Below are positions 39,449 to 49,465 of a stretch of DNA of 64,000 nt, piece after piece. The notes below the pieces were generated by a model. It searched no databases and was not told where the DNA came from. It saw nothing but the letters and a program-made list of their open reading frames with translations. Within the stretch, counting starts at the first letter, position 1, and each line of letters starts with the position of its first letter. The translations under genes and the position numbers were made by a program. Location: NCBI GenBank assembly GCA_964430265.1, contig CAYSEI010000001.1:318987-382986 (forward strand), given 5' to 3'. This DNA is from an uncultured Pseudomonadales bacterium. Lineage in GTDB: Bacteria > Patescibacteriota > Microgenomatia > UBA1400 > CAYXSR01.

Positions 39449-39685
39449 ATGTCACCAACAGCAAGAGAAATATTTAGCGATGCACTAGGAAAAGACGTTA
39501 AAGAAACAGTTGTTAACAGATGGACTGTTAAAAGTCTTCATTTGTTAGAGGGAGATCCGGAGAATCTAACAATTTTTTTGGTAAGAGAAACTAATGACGG
39601 TGAACAAAGCGTGGGTATGTTAAGAAGAATTGACGGTAATGATGTGTTTCCTGACGGTGTATTTGAAGTTATTGATGAAGAATAA
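39449..39685 (+). CDS. Small acidic hypothetical protein B (78 aa), paralog of A
   Basis: SD AAAGGA 7 nt upstream. Acidic, no TM segment or signal peptide. Confidence 0.5.
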   Translation: MSPTAREIFSDALGKDVKETVVNRWTVKSLHLLEGDPENLTIFLVRETNDGEQSVGMLRRIDGNDVFPDGVFEVIDEE

Positions 39686-39721
39686 TAAACAATTGTACGT
39701 GCAATCTGGGAGGTGTTTTAA

Positions 39722-39904
39722 ATGAATGAAAATATTAGTAACGAAGTTAATGCACAAGAGATATGTGATGAAATAGCTGACAATGTTATTGCCTTTCTTG
39801 GAGGAAAGATTGATAACGAAACCCGGGCAGAACGGGAAGCAGAACTATTAGATAGACTTGGAAAAGTTAGAAGTTTAGAAACTTGCGAACCAATAGATCT
39901 TTAA
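39722..39904 (+). CDS. Small acidic hypothetical protein C (60 aa, two Cys)
   Basis: Strong SD GGGAGGTG 6 nt upstream. Predicted helical and acidic. Confidence 0.5.
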   Translation: MNENISNEVNAQEICDEIADNVIAFLGGKIDNETRAEREAELLDRLGKVRSLETCEPIDL

Positions 39905-39913
39905 TTTATTTTT

Positions 39914-40741
39914 TTACCTAACTAAAATATAAGTAGTTAACATCTCAACTTCAGCTGTTATTGTAGTGTCTTCAGTATCAAATTCAAGCTTTTCCCATTC
40001 TTCTGTTTGATTGTTCCATGCATAAAGCTGTAAATTAGTTGTATCCTCTTTTGTTCTCATGGTTAAATTAGCCTCGTTGATTTCTGTACCACTTGGTGCA
40101 AAAAATGCATAAGGTCCTTCAACAATTTCTTTATCAATATTTCCGGGAAGACCTAAAGGATCAGCTACTATTATTGGTGTGTTAGCAGATACTTCATTTT
40201 GTGGTATCTCTAAGATTGCTTTGCTGTTTCTGGAAGTAAAAACACTGTCTTCATCAGCATATTTGCCGATTGTAAAATCTCCTTTTAAACTGTATTCCTC
40301 TACTCCGCCGGAAAAATGAATAAAATAGCTTCCTGCAGATACTCCAGTATCATATTTTTTTACTCCTTTTGATTGGGAGCAAAAACAAAATTCTTTTGGT
40401 TCTGTTGGGTTACTTGCTTTACTTAAATCAATTCTGCCAATCCCGCCTTGGATAATCGTTCCACCGGCATCATTAGCTGCTTGATATTCGATTTCGTATT
40501 CTGCCATTTGTGCTTGATAATTATTTAAGCTTAAAAAGATTTCTCCTCCGTTTGCTGAAGGGGTTAAACTTAAATATGGTCTTTCCTTTATCGCCTTGGT
40601 ATTGATGTTCTGCACTTGTCTTTTTTCTTCTGGCTGTTCAGTTTCTTCTACAGGCGCATTATTATTTCTAAATAAAAAGAAAGCACCAATACCTAATGCT
40701 AAAAGCAAAGATACAATTATTAAAATTTTATTTTTTTTCAT
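39914..40741 (-). CDS. Secreted/membrane-anchored hypothetical protein; start ATG 40739-40741
   Basis: MKKNKILIIVSLLLALGIGAFFLF is a signal/anchor sequence. SD AAGGAG 5 nt upstream. The track start is an upstream TTG. Confidence 0.55.
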   Translation of the reverse strand: MKKNKILIIVSLLLALGIGAFFLFRNNNAPVEETEQPEEKRQVQNINTKAIKERPYLSLTPSANGGEIFLSLNNYQAQMAEYEIEYQAANDAGGTIIQGGIGRIDLSKASNPTEPKEFCFCSQSKGVKKYDTGVSAGSYFIHFSGGVEEYSLKGDFTIGKYADEDSVFTSRNSKAILEIPQNEVSANTPIIVADPLGLPGNIDKEIVEGPYAFFAPSGTEINEANLTMRTKEDTTNLQLYAWNNQTEEWEKLEFDTEDTTITAEVEMLTTYILVR

Positions 40742-40758
40742 GGGAGCTCCTTTATGTA

Positions 40759-42123
40759 TCAAACTTCTAATTTATTTTGAAAGTAATCTTTTAGTTTAAC
40801 AATTTTAATTCTGTCTTGTTTCATTGTGTCTCTGTCACGGACTGTGACAGCTTGGTCTTCTAAAGTATCAAAATCTATTGTTATACACCAGGGAGTGCCA
40901 ATCTCATCTTGGCTGTAATACCTCTTCCCTATATTACCCCTGTCGTCCCAAGCCACATTATAATCAGTACGAAGATCATTGTATACTTCCCTTGCTTTTT
41001 TAACAAGCTCGGGTTTATTGGAGAGCAAGGGAAACACTGCCATTTTATATGGTGCTAAAACAGGAGGCAGTTTTAAAACAGTTCTTTTATCAATTTCATG
41101 ATAAGCGTTTATTAAAACTGTGGTCAAAGATCTGGTAATACCAAACGTTGGTTCAACTACATGCGGTATAAATTTGTCTCCAGTCTGCGGATCAGTGTAT
41201 CTCAAATCAGTTCCTGATTTTTCCATATGGTTTTTTAAATCAAAATCTGTTCTGTAAGCAACAGCAAACCATTCTTTGAAACCAAAGGGATATTTATATT
41301 CCAGATCTTCAGTCCTTTTTGAATAATGAGATAGTTCATTACTGGTATGCGGACGCCAGCGAAGATTTTCTTTTTTTATCCCTAATTTATATGCAAATTT
41401 TTCAATTTTACTTTTCCAAAATTCAAACCATTTTTCCCATTCTTCTTTTCTAACAAAATATTCAAACTCAGCCAAATCAAATTCAAGTACTCGGAAGGTA
41501 AACTTACCCAAAGTAATTTCGTTTCTAAAAGATTTGCCGATTTGCGCCAAACCAAAAGGAAGCTGTGGCTGCATTGAATCTAATACATTTTTAAATGAGA
41601 TAAACATACCTTGTGCAGTTTCACCGCGCAAATATGCAGTATTCTTTTTGCCTTTTATAATACCCACTTCGGTTTTAAATAATAAGTTGAATGCACGCGG
41701 TTCTGTCCAGTCAAAAGAAGCACACTGCGGACATTTAATTTTGTTTTCATCAATGATTTCTTTTAATTCTTCCGGTGTTTTACCTTCAACCTTAGCATCC
41801 TCTAAGGCATCTTCGATTAAATGGTCTGCCCGAGTCCTTAACCCGCAGTTTTTACAGTCAAGTTGCACGTCGGCAAAACTTTTTGTATGTCCAGAGGCTT
41901 CCCAAACTTTGGGGTTCATTAAAATACTGGTATCCAAACCGTAAATTTCAGGATAATTATGCACAAACTCATCCCACCATAAGTTGGTGATATTTCTTTT
42001 TAGCTCTACACCTAAAGGGCCCAAATCATATGTATTGGCCAGGCCTCCGTATACTTCAGAACCCGGGAAAATAAAACCGCGTCTTTTTGCCAATGAAACT
42101 ACTTTTTTTAATTTATCTGCCAT
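40759..42123 (-). CDS. glyQS: Glycyl-tRNA synthetase (dimeric alpha2 type)
   Basis: Class II aaRS motifs. The N-terminus RRGFIFPGSEVYGGLANTYDLGPLG is typical of GlyQS. Confidence 0.85.
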   Translation of the reverse strand: MADKLKKVVSLAKRRGFIFPGSEVYGGLANTYDLGPLGVELKRNITNLWWDEFVHNYPEIYGLDTSILMNPKVWEASGHTKSFADVQLDCKNCGLRTRADHLIEDALEDAKVEGKTPEELKEIIDENKIKCPQCASFDWTEPRAFNLLFKTEVGIIKGKKNTAYLRGETAQGMFISFKNVLDSMQPQLPFGLAQIGKSFRNEITLGKFTFRVLEFDLAEFEYFVRKEEWEKWFEFWKSKIEKFAYKLGIKKENLRWRPHTSNELSHYSKRTEDLEYKYPFGFKEWFAVAYRTDFDLKNHMEKSGTDLRYTDPQTGDKFIPHVVEPTFGITRSLTTVLINAYHEIDKRTVLKLPPVLAPYKMAVFPLLSNKPELVKKAREVYNDLRTDYNVAWDDRGNIGKRYYSQDEIGTPWCITIDFDTLEDQAVTVRDRDTMKQDRIKIVKLKDYFQNKLEV

Positions 42124-42133
42124 AAGTTATATT

Positions 42134-42685
42134 CTATAGATTTATAGACAGCTTTTTCAAGAGGAAATCTGAGTTGACCCTTTTTTCTATTATTTCTTCA
42201 ATATGATTATTAACCGAGCGTATGTCTTTTTTAACAGGTACTCCAAACCCAAGAATCTCAAGGAGGCGTATTTTAAACTGATGGATCAGTTCAGAAGATT
42301 CTTTTTCCTTTTCCAATTTTTTAAGATAGTTTTTTAAAAGATCAAACACCTGCTGATTTTCCTGTTCATAAGGTGTCAGTTGATCAACAAGCTCACACAT
42401 TTCCCATCCCCAGAAAGTTTTTTTTAATTGCTTAGAAATGTCAGGATAGCTAGTGACTGCATCCGCTTCAGTAAGAATATCAAAGCCGCGCCTGCTTAAT
42501 AAAAAAAGGTTTGCCAAAGTAAAAGGTTCAATATTGCCCCGCTTTCTGGAAGTGACACGGCGCACGCCCTTAGCCAGGCACGTAATTTTACCATAATACT
42601 TGGAATATATAGTAAGCACACGATCTGTTTCCTGATAATCAAAGCGCTTTAAAATAATACCTGGAGTTTTGTAAGTTTTACTCAT
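42134..42685 (-). CDS. recO: DNA repair protein RecO-like (short)
   Basis: N-terminal OB-fold pattern GIILKRFDYQETDRVLTIYS...AKGVRR. recO-glyQS adjacency is conserved. Confidence 0.6.
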   Translation of the reverse strand: MSKTYKTPGIILKRFDYQETDRVLTIYSKYYGKITCLAKGVRRVTSRKRGNIEPFTLANLFLLSRRGFDILTEADAVTSYPDISKQLKKTFWGWEMCELVDQLTPYEQENQQVFDLLKNYLKKLEKEKESSELIHQFKIRLLEILGFGVPVKKDIRSVNNHIEEIIEKRVNSDFLLKKLSINL

Positions 42686-42728
42686 AAACCAAATTAATTA
42701 TATTAAATATATTTAATTAAACGAAGAA

Positions 42729-44636
42729 TTATTTTTCAAATACAACTTCCTGGTCAGTATTGAGTTTAATTTCTTTTTGCTTGCCGTCAAAAATTATCTG
42801 ATGCGGTATTTCTCTTGTTCCCGGTTGTTTCTGCACCAATAATTTGTAGTTATTCTGATTAACAGTATTTTCAGGAAGATAGTATTCAACCACTAACTTG
42901 GCTCTGCCACCATCTCCTCTAAGAGTGAAAAATCCTTCAAACACTTGTTTGTCTAGATCTTGATATGTTTGCGGTTCGGTTTCCGATCCCAAAAATTCAA
43001 TTAATTCACTTCCCTTAGGAACATAAATTCTCACATAATCCCTTAAAATGCCATTTAAGCAGAGACCAGTCTCTCTTTCCAGGTTGCAGTTATCCATTGG
43101 TTCCGGATTGGTATATGTTATTTCCAGTTTCTTTTTTAGTCTGCCGTTATCAAACGAAACTTCCTGTTTAACTTTCTGTTCAACAAAAAAGTTTGATTTA
43201 GCTCCACCAAAATTACTGTTATTAATATGCAGATAATCACCTTCATAGCTGCTAATCCTGCCTGCCGCATTAATCTCTTCAGCCGCTTCCTGTTCGGTTT
43301 CGTCCATATAATACATAAGGAAATGTTTTTCCTGCATGTTTTGTATTGCCAGTTTGAAAAATGCCGGCCAGTGGCTGGTAGGTGCAGTCATGGCTTTTTG
43401 CATGATTGCTTGCATCATTGGGCCTAAAACACCTTTTCTATCCTGTCTTATTCCAGGAATTGGTATGCCAACTAGGTGTTCGAGTTCACAGATTAAATTG
43501 GGGATACCATGACAGCGGTCATCTGGCTCCATGGTAAATTTACCGTACCCCGGAACATCAAGTGGTCCCAATAAGGTAACTAAATCTTTAAGGATTTTAG
43601 TGTCAATAGCAATTATTCCCTGGACTTCCGGTTCTCCAGGAACTTGTTCATAATATTTATTAAATGTATCCATTGACACTTTATAGTCAGGTGAAAGGTT
43701 CATATCCCTTAAATACCAGTTAGGAACAAGTCCTACATTTAAATCTGCACTTAATAAATATCTTTTAATTGGGTCTGGAGCATCTACGTTGCTATTAAAT
43801 TTTTCGTCCAAATGGTATATGTCATTGCTTCCTTCCGCAGTAATTTTGCCCGAGTCAGCTTTTAAAATTGCATAAGCAGTCATAAAACCACCCGTAGCAC
43901 GCAGTTCACCGTCATTTTGGAAAATAACCAAATATTTGCGTTCGTCAGGATATCCCAGCATTTCCGGTAAAGTATGTAATATGGGTTGGAAGTCCTCTAA
44001 ATAGGCTATTGTTTCTTCAAACTGATCTTCAGCCTCCTGTAACCTTTTTCTTATTATTGTTCCTCTAAACTCTTTAGGATATCTATTAGGATCAATTTGC
44101 CCAAATTCTGCTTGTGCTTGGGAAAGTTTTTCAATAGCTTCATCCACATCCGGTGTTATCTTGCCTAAAGTCTCAACAATTTTAACTAATCTTTCTTCAA
44201 CACTGCCTCCAGTAAAAGTTCCTTCTCCCTGAAAGCCCAAAACATCAGCATAAGGATTAATTGCTCCGGTTAACTGAATTCCTGCATCAACACTTAAAAG
44301 ACCAGCCTTAATTGCATGCTTGCCGTCTGTGTAATAGTTTTTAATGTAGGGAACATGTTTTGTCCAGCTTAATGACTGGTAATCTTGTTGAGTTTGTTCA
44401 AGTTCAGTTTTTGTTTTTCTAAGTTCTTCATTTGCTTTCACTAAGTCTTGTGATTTGAATGCAGCATATGCCTGCTGTCCTGCAAGCATTGCTTTTTGCG
44501 CGCTCTGTTTAATTTTATTGACTGATAGAAAAGTGATTACTCCTAAGCTGATTAAAGCAATTAAAAAAACTGCCAGGATGTACCAGCCCTTTTTAATACT
44601 AGCCAATTTTTGTGTGATTGTTTTGAATTTTACCAT
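42729..44636 (-). CDS. Large membrane-anchored extracytoplasmic protein of unknown function (possibly DUF4012-like)
   Basis: N-terminal TM helix, coiled-coil segment and NDGELRATGGFM motif. 635 aa. Confidence 0.5.
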   Translation of the reverse strand: MVKFKTITQKLASIKKGWYILAVFLIALISLGVITFLSVNKIKQSAQKAMLAGQQAYAAFKSQDLVKANEELRKTKTELEQTQQDYQSLSWTKHVPYIKNYYTDGKHAIKAGLLSVDAGIQLTGAINPYADVLGFQGEGTFTGGSVEERLVKIVETLGKITPDVDEAIEKLSQAQAEFGQIDPNRYPKEFRGTIIRKRLQEAEDQFEETIAYLEDFQPILHTLPEMLGYPDERKYLVIFQNDGELRATGGFMTAYAILKADSGKITAEGSNDIYHLDEKFNSNVDAPDPIKRYLLSADLNVGLVPNWYLRDMNLSPDYKVSMDTFNKYYEQVPGEPEVQGIIAIDTKILKDLVTLLGPLDVPGYGKFTMEPDDRCHGIPNLICELEHLVGIPIPGIRQDRKGVLGPMMQAIMQKAMTAPTSHWPAFFKLAIQNMQEKHFLMYYMDETEQEAAEEINAAGRISSYEGDYLHINNSNFGGAKSNFFVEQKVKQEVSFDNGRLKKKLEITYTNPEPMDNCNLERETGLCLNGILRDYVRIYVPKGSELIEFLGSETEPQTYQDLDKQVFEGFFTLRGDGGRAKLVVEYYLPENTVNQNNYKLLVQKQPGTREIPHQIIFDGKQKEIKLNTDQEVVFEK

Positions 44637-45274
44637 TTGCTTATCATTGCCGGTGGAGTTTTAAAAATAATTTTAAGGTCCCACCATAAAGAATAGTTCT
44701 TAGCATATTTATAATCCATTTTAGCACGTTTTACAAAAGGAATTTCATTTCTACCCGATGTCTGCCAGGGACCGGTAATTCCTGGTTTAACTTTTAAAAC
44801 TTCTTCTATCCACTTTTTAGTCTGAGGGTACTTTTTTGTCTGCTCATCAAGTTCTTTTTTAACATACGCCCTTGGCCCTACAATACTCATGTCCCCTTTT
44901 AAAACATTCCATAATTGCGGGAATTCGTCAATAGTTAAATTGCGCAAAAGCTTTCCCAAAGGAGTTATTCTGGGATCGTCTTCAAGTTTCCAGTCACAGG
45001 ACTTAAACTTTTTTAAAAGTTCGGGGTTTGTTTTTAAATATTTATCTGCATTGGGTATCATGGTTCTGAACTTAAAAAGCCAGAATTCTTTACCGTCCTT
45101 GCCGATTCTAAGATGTTTGTAGAAAACCGGACCACCAGTAAGCTTAAGAAGTAAAGGTACCATAATCCAAATAGGAAAAAAAACAATTGCCAGGATAAAA
45201 ACCAAAACAATGTCCATCAATCTTTTTACTGGTTCATAAGGAAGAAAATCCTTAGAGGTATTTTTCTTTGCCAT
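44630..45274 (-). CDS. Monotopic initiating phosphoglycosyltransferase (Bac_transf/PglC-WbaP C-domain family)
   Basis: Re-entrant N-terminal helix, then DEFPQLWNVLKGDMSIVGPRA and PGITGPWQ signatures. Confidence 0.8.
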   Translation of the reverse strand: MAKKNTSKDFLPYEPVKRLMDIVLVFILAIVFFPIWIMVPLLLKLTGGPVFYKHLRIGKDGKEFWLFKFRTMIPNADKYLKTNPELLKKFKSCDWKLEDDPRITPLGKLLRNLTIDEFPQLWNVLKGDMSIVGPRAYVKKELDEQTKKYPQTKKWIEEVLKVKPGITGPWQTSGRNEIPFVKRAKMDYKYAKNYSLWWDLKIIFKTPPAMISKW

Positions 45275-46367
45275 TTTTCTTTAACTTTTTAACAATCTGT
45301 TTAACTTCCTGAGTCCTGTTTTTGGGACAAATTAATAATGCATCTTTGGCATCTACTACTACCATATTCTTAAGACCGATAACCGTTACCAATTGTTTGT
45401 CCGTGTGGATCAAGCAGTCCTGAACTTCTTTACCAATGTATCCGCCATTGTCATCGTTTTGTATAACAACGTTGTTTGCTTCGGATTTGTCGCCTAAATC
45501 ATGCACCACACTCCAATCCCCAACATCACTCCAGCCAAAGTCGCCTGGGACCATTAACATTTTATCAACCTTTTCGGAAATTGCATAATCAATTGATATT
45601 TTTACCACTTCAGAATACTCTTTTTCCAATACTTTTTTTTCTTTATCAGTGCCAATTGCTTTCTGGATATTTTTTATCCTTGCCCCTATTTCTGGTGCAT
45701 AATTCTTGAAAGCATCCAATACTGTTTTTGTTCTCCAAGTATACATGTTTGCATTCCAAAAATATTGCCCGGTGGCTAAAAAAGCTTTGGCTGCAGTTAA
45801 TTTAGGTTTTTCAGTAAATCCTTCAACTTCCAAAACCGGTAAATTACCTACTTTTTTAATTTCATCTTTGGCATGAATATATCCTAGACCTGTATGTGCA
45901 TATGTAGGGTTAATGCCTACGGTTACAATATGTTTATCCTCATAAGCAACTTGTGCAGCAATCTTCAATGTTTTTCTGAACTCTTTAACATCTTGAATCA
46001 TATGGTCAGATGCGAGGTTAACTATTACTGCATCCGGATCTTGATCATGAACATAAGCAGAAGCAACACCCATTGCCATTGCTGTATCCTTTTTATATGG
46101 TTCGGCAATAATGTTTTGTTTGGGAATTGAAGGTGATTCCTTTTTTATTTCATCCACATAAAGCTTGTTGGTGATAATAAAGATTCTTTCCGGAGGAATA
46201 ATACCCTTAACCCGTTTAATCGCTTTCTGATAAAGAGTCTCTTTACCAAATAGATGGATAAATTGCTTGGGAGTTTTTTTGCGTGAACGCGGCCAAAGAC
46301 GTGTGCCACCGCCACCACATAAAACTACCATGTATAAATGATTTAAGTATTCCTTATTGTCAGGCAT
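45252..46367 (-). CDS. manC: Mannose-1-phosphate guanylyltransferase
   Basis: VVLCGGGGTRLWPRSR...PKQF nucleotidyltransferase N-terminus. SD GGAGG before the ATG at 46367. Alternative ATG at 46331. Confidence 0.75.
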   Translation of the reverse strand: MPDNKEYLNHLYMVVLCGGGGTRLWPRSRKKTPKQFIHLFGKETLYQKAIKRVKGIIPPERIFIITNKLYVDEIKKESPSIPKQNIIAEPYKKDTAMAMGVASAYVHDQDPDAVIVNLASDHMIQDVKEFRKTLKIAAQVAYEDKHIVTVGINPTYAHTGLGYIHAKDEIKKVGNLPVLEVEGFTEKPKLTAAKAFLATGQYFWNANMYTWRTKTVLDAFKNYAPEIGARIKNIQKAIGTDKEKKVLEKEYSEVVKISIDYAISEKVDKMLMVPGDFGWSDVGDWSVVHDLGDKSEANNVVIQNDDNGGYIGKEVQDCLIHTDKQLVTVIGLKNMVVVDAKDALLICPKNRTQEVKQIVKKLKKNGKEKYL

Positions 46368-47455
46368 TTATCCTCCACAAATTTTTTAATTTGTTTCTTA
46401 AACTTATTTTTATCAAATTTTTGTGCATTGTCCAAGCAGTCATCTACTTTAAATTCCATACTTTCAAACTCTTTAACAGCCTTTATTATACTTTCTACAG
46501 TTTGTTTTTCAAAAAATATCCCGGTTTTGTTTTCAATAATTGTGTCCAAAGCTCCGCCCTTTTTATAGGCAATAACCGGTCTGCCGGCTGCCTGTGCTTC
46601 TACTGCAGCTATACCAAAATCTTCATTCTGCGGCATTATAAAAGCGCGACATGTTTGATAATAGTGTATTAAAGCCTTGTCTGTCAATTGACCAAGGAAT
46701 TCAATATTTTCATTAGCTTGAGCGTTTAGTTTGTTTTTCATGCTTCCAGTCCCAATAATTTTTAAAGGCAGACCAAGCTGGTTAAAGGCTTTTACAGCTA
46801 AATCTATTCTTTTGTAAGGTTCAAGCCTGCTGATAATTAAGAAGAAATCATCCATTTGTATGTTTTTACGCGGCTTGAATTTATTGGTTTCGACTGGAGG
46901 AAATATAATCTTGGATTTTCGCTTGTAATATTTTTTAATCCTTTTTTTTACTGTATTGGATATAGCAAGATATTCATCCGGTCTTTGTGCTGCAACTAAA
47001 TCCCATTTTTTTAATTTAGGCGCTAGAAATTTAAAAAACTTTTTAGCAAAAAAAGATAAAAACCCAAAACCTGGTTGCTTAAGATATTCTTTATAACCAG
47101 AATACAAATAACGTGTGGGAGTTAAACAATAACAGATATGTAAAGTATCAGGCTTGCTAATAACTGCTTTAGCTTCCGCACTGGTAACAGAAAGCACAAC
47201 ATCATATTTATCAAAAGAAAAAGATTCAAATGCAAAAGGCGTCAGCCAGGGATAAAAACGGTGGCTTTTTTTGGCAAAGGGAAATTTTTGCATAAAGGAA
47301 GTTTTAATATTAAAATCATTTGCCCAGGCAGCAGTTTCCTTATTATACACAGCAGTAAACAATGAAGCCTTAGGCCAGATTTCATGTAATGCTAAAAGCA
47401 CTTTTTCTGCACCGCCGATTTTATTTACTCGGTCATATACCAAAGCTATTTTCAT
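46343..47455 (-). CDS. GT4 (GT-B) glycosyltransferase; start moved to ATG at 47453-47455
   Basis: MKIALVYDRVNKIGGAEKV is a GT4 N-terminus. SD GGAGG 3 nt upstream. The track start is a GTG. Confidence 0.7.
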   Translation of the reverse strand: MKIALVYDRVNKIGGAEKVLLALHEIWPKASLFTAVYNKETAAWANDFNIKTSFMQKFPFAKKSHRFYPWLTPFAFESFSFDKYDVVLSVTSAEAKAVISKPDTLHICYCLTPTRYLYSGYKEYLKQPGFGFLSFFAKKFFKFLAPKLKKWDLVAAQRPDEYLAISNTVKKRIKKYYKRKSKIIFPPVETNKFKPRKNIQMDDFFLIISRLEPYKRIDLAVKAFNQLGLPLKIIGTGSMKNKLNAQANENIEFLGQLTDKALIHYYQTCRAFIMPQNEDFGIAAVEAQAAGRPVIAYKKGGALDTIIENKTGIFFEKQTVESIIKAVKEFESMEFKVDDCLDNAQKFDKNKFKKQIKKFVEDKCLTIRNT

Positions 47456-48569
47456 AAACCTCCATTGTTTTTCTAGCACACTTTTCCCAGCTAAACTTTT
47501 TTGCTCTTTTCTTTCCTTTATTAATTAATCCCTTTTTTAATTCCTTATTACTTAGCAGTTTGTCAATTTTTTCTTCAATGTCATAGATATCCAAAGGATC
47601 AAAATACATAGCTGCATCAGAATAAACTTCTGTAAAACAGCTTGCATCACTGGCAAGAACAGGACATCCAGCAGCCATTGCTTCCAGACCGGGTAGTCCA
47701 AAACCTTCCATTAAGGAAGGAGTTACAAAGGCTTCCGCTTCCTGGTACAAAGCGCTTAACTCATTATCAGCAACAAATCCAGGATGAATAACAAAATCTT
47801 TTGCTTTAAGTTTGATAAGTTTGGTCTCAAGTCTTTTTAAAAACACGTTTCTTGATCCGATAATTAAAAGATTAATCTTTCCTTTTTTTTCATATATTTT
47901 TAAAGCCTTAATTAATCTGTCAATATTTTTATGCGGATATACACTGCCAACATATAGGAGGTAAGGTTTTTGTATATTATGTTTTTCTAGAATTTTGTTT
48001 TTTTCATTCTGATGAATCTTGCTGAAAAACTTACTTTCTACTCCTTCATAAACAACATTAACCTTGCTGGTTTTAAGCTTAGGGTAAAACCGTTCCAGTT
48101 CTTTTTTCACCCATTTACTGGGTACAATTATTTGTTTAGCATTAAATATGGTGGTTTTAAATACCAGTTTATAAATTAAAAACTTAATCCAATAAAAAAG
48201 CAAAAAACGGGTGGTTGTTTTTGGTCCCTTGGATTTGTGTTTAATTAAATCATGAATGGTAACCACAAAATCATTTTTAAAAAATATTGGCACATTAAAA
48301 TGTGGAAAATGTACCAGATCAAAATCCTTTTTGTTTAACAACCTAGGTAAAAGTAATTGTTCCTTAATTGAATAATGCCGACCCTCGGTAATTAAATATT
48401 TAAACTTTGTACCTAACTCTTTTTTAATTTCTTTTAAATCTTTTTTTCTGACAATTAAAGTATATTTAGCAGCGGGAAAATTCTTAAGTAAGTTAGAAAC
48501 ATATCTCCCGATTCCTGCATGCTTTAATCCATACATCCTCGCATCAATTGCTATATTTTTATTATTCAT
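47433..48569 (-). CDS. GT4 (GT-B) glycosyltransferase
   Basis: C-terminal EGFGLPGLEAMAAGCPV is a GT4 motif. Confidence 0.75.
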   Translation of the reverse strand: MNNKNIAIDARMYGLKHAGIGRYVSNLLKNFPAAKYTLIVRKKDLKEIKKELGTKFKYLITEGRHYSIKEQLLLPRLLNKKDFDLVHFPHFNVPIFFKNDFVVTIHDLIKHKSKGPKTTTRFLLFYWIKFLIYKLVFKTTIFNAKQIIVPSKWVKKELERFYPKLKTSKVNVVYEGVESKFFSKIHQNEKNKILEKHNIQKPYLLYVGSVYPHKNIDRLIKALKIYEKKGKINLLIIGSRNVFLKRLETKLIKLKAKDFVIHPGFVADNELSALYQEAEAFVTPSLMEGFGLPGLEAMAAGCPVLASDASCFTEVYSDAAMYFDPLDIYDIEEKIDKLLSNKELKKGLINKGKKRAKKFSWEKCARKTMEVYENSFGI

Positions 48570-48571
48570 TT

Positions 48572-49465
48572 TTATTTGACCTTGTTTATAAACAGCCTGG
48601 TTTTACCTTTAAGTTTAATGCCCAGTAAAACAATATTTGTCAGCCATTGCGGATATTTGTCTTTATAAAACTTGTTGTAGAAAATCTCCATTGCTTTAAT
48701 TGATTCTTGCGCTGCTTTGACCCGGGTTTCTTTTAAAACTTGTAAATCCTTGGTTTCTTTTCTGATACCAGAACTGGCACCTTTGTAATGCAAAGATTCT
48801 ACATGGGGAAAGTATGCTATTTCCCAATCCTTTTGCTTTAATGAATAGCAAAAATCAAGGTCTTCACCATAGAAAAAATATTCTTCACTCCACCAGCCAA
48901 CTTGATCTCCAGCCTCTTTTCTTACCAACATAAAAGCTCCGCAGCAGGAGTCAATATAATGTGTTTCCTGCATGTTTTTATACATTTGATGGTATTGGCC
49001 AAAGATTTTACTTTTGGGGAAAAGCTTTTCCAAGCCTAAAAAATAAGATAGTGCAGCCCAGGGTGTAGGAAAACCACGATGGCAGTCAGGATCAATTTTA
49101 TTATTTCTTAAAACAAGTTTTGGTGTAATTGCTCCCACTTCTTTGTTGTCATCCATGTATTTCAAGAGCATCTCAAATGCGTCTTTTTTAACCAAAACAT
49201 CTGAATTAAGAAAAACAACATAATCACCACAAGATTTTTTAACACCAATATTATTTCCTATTGAAAATCCTAGGTTTTCCTTTAACCTAATCAGTTTAAT
49301 CTTAGGAAAAAATTCTTCAACCATTTCCGGACTTTTATCAGTGGAAGCTGAATCAACCACAATAATTTCAGCTTGTATATTTACTAACGCCTGCTGACAT
49401 TTTTGCAGACATTTTTTTAAAATAACTTTGGTGTTATGATTAAGAACAATTACACTAAGCTTCAT
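48572..49465 (-). CDS. GT2 glycosyltransferase
   Basis: LSVIVLNHN...DSASTD is a GT-A N-terminus. Confidence 0.7.
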   Translation of the reverse strand: MKLSVIVLNHNTKVILKKCLQKCQQALVNIQAEIIVVDSASTDKSPEMVEEFFPKIKLIRLKENLGFSIGNNIGVKKSCGDYVVFLNSDVLVKKDAFEMLLKYMDDNKEVGAITPKLVLRNNKIDPDCHRGFPTPWAALSYFLGLEKLFPKSKIFGQYHQMYKNMQETHYIDSCCGAFMLVRKEAGDQVGWWSEEYFFYGEDLDFCYSLKQKDWEIAYFPHVESLHYKGASSGIRKETKDLQVLKETRVKAAQESIKAMEIFYNKFYKDKYPQWLTNIVLLGIKLKGKTRLFINKVK

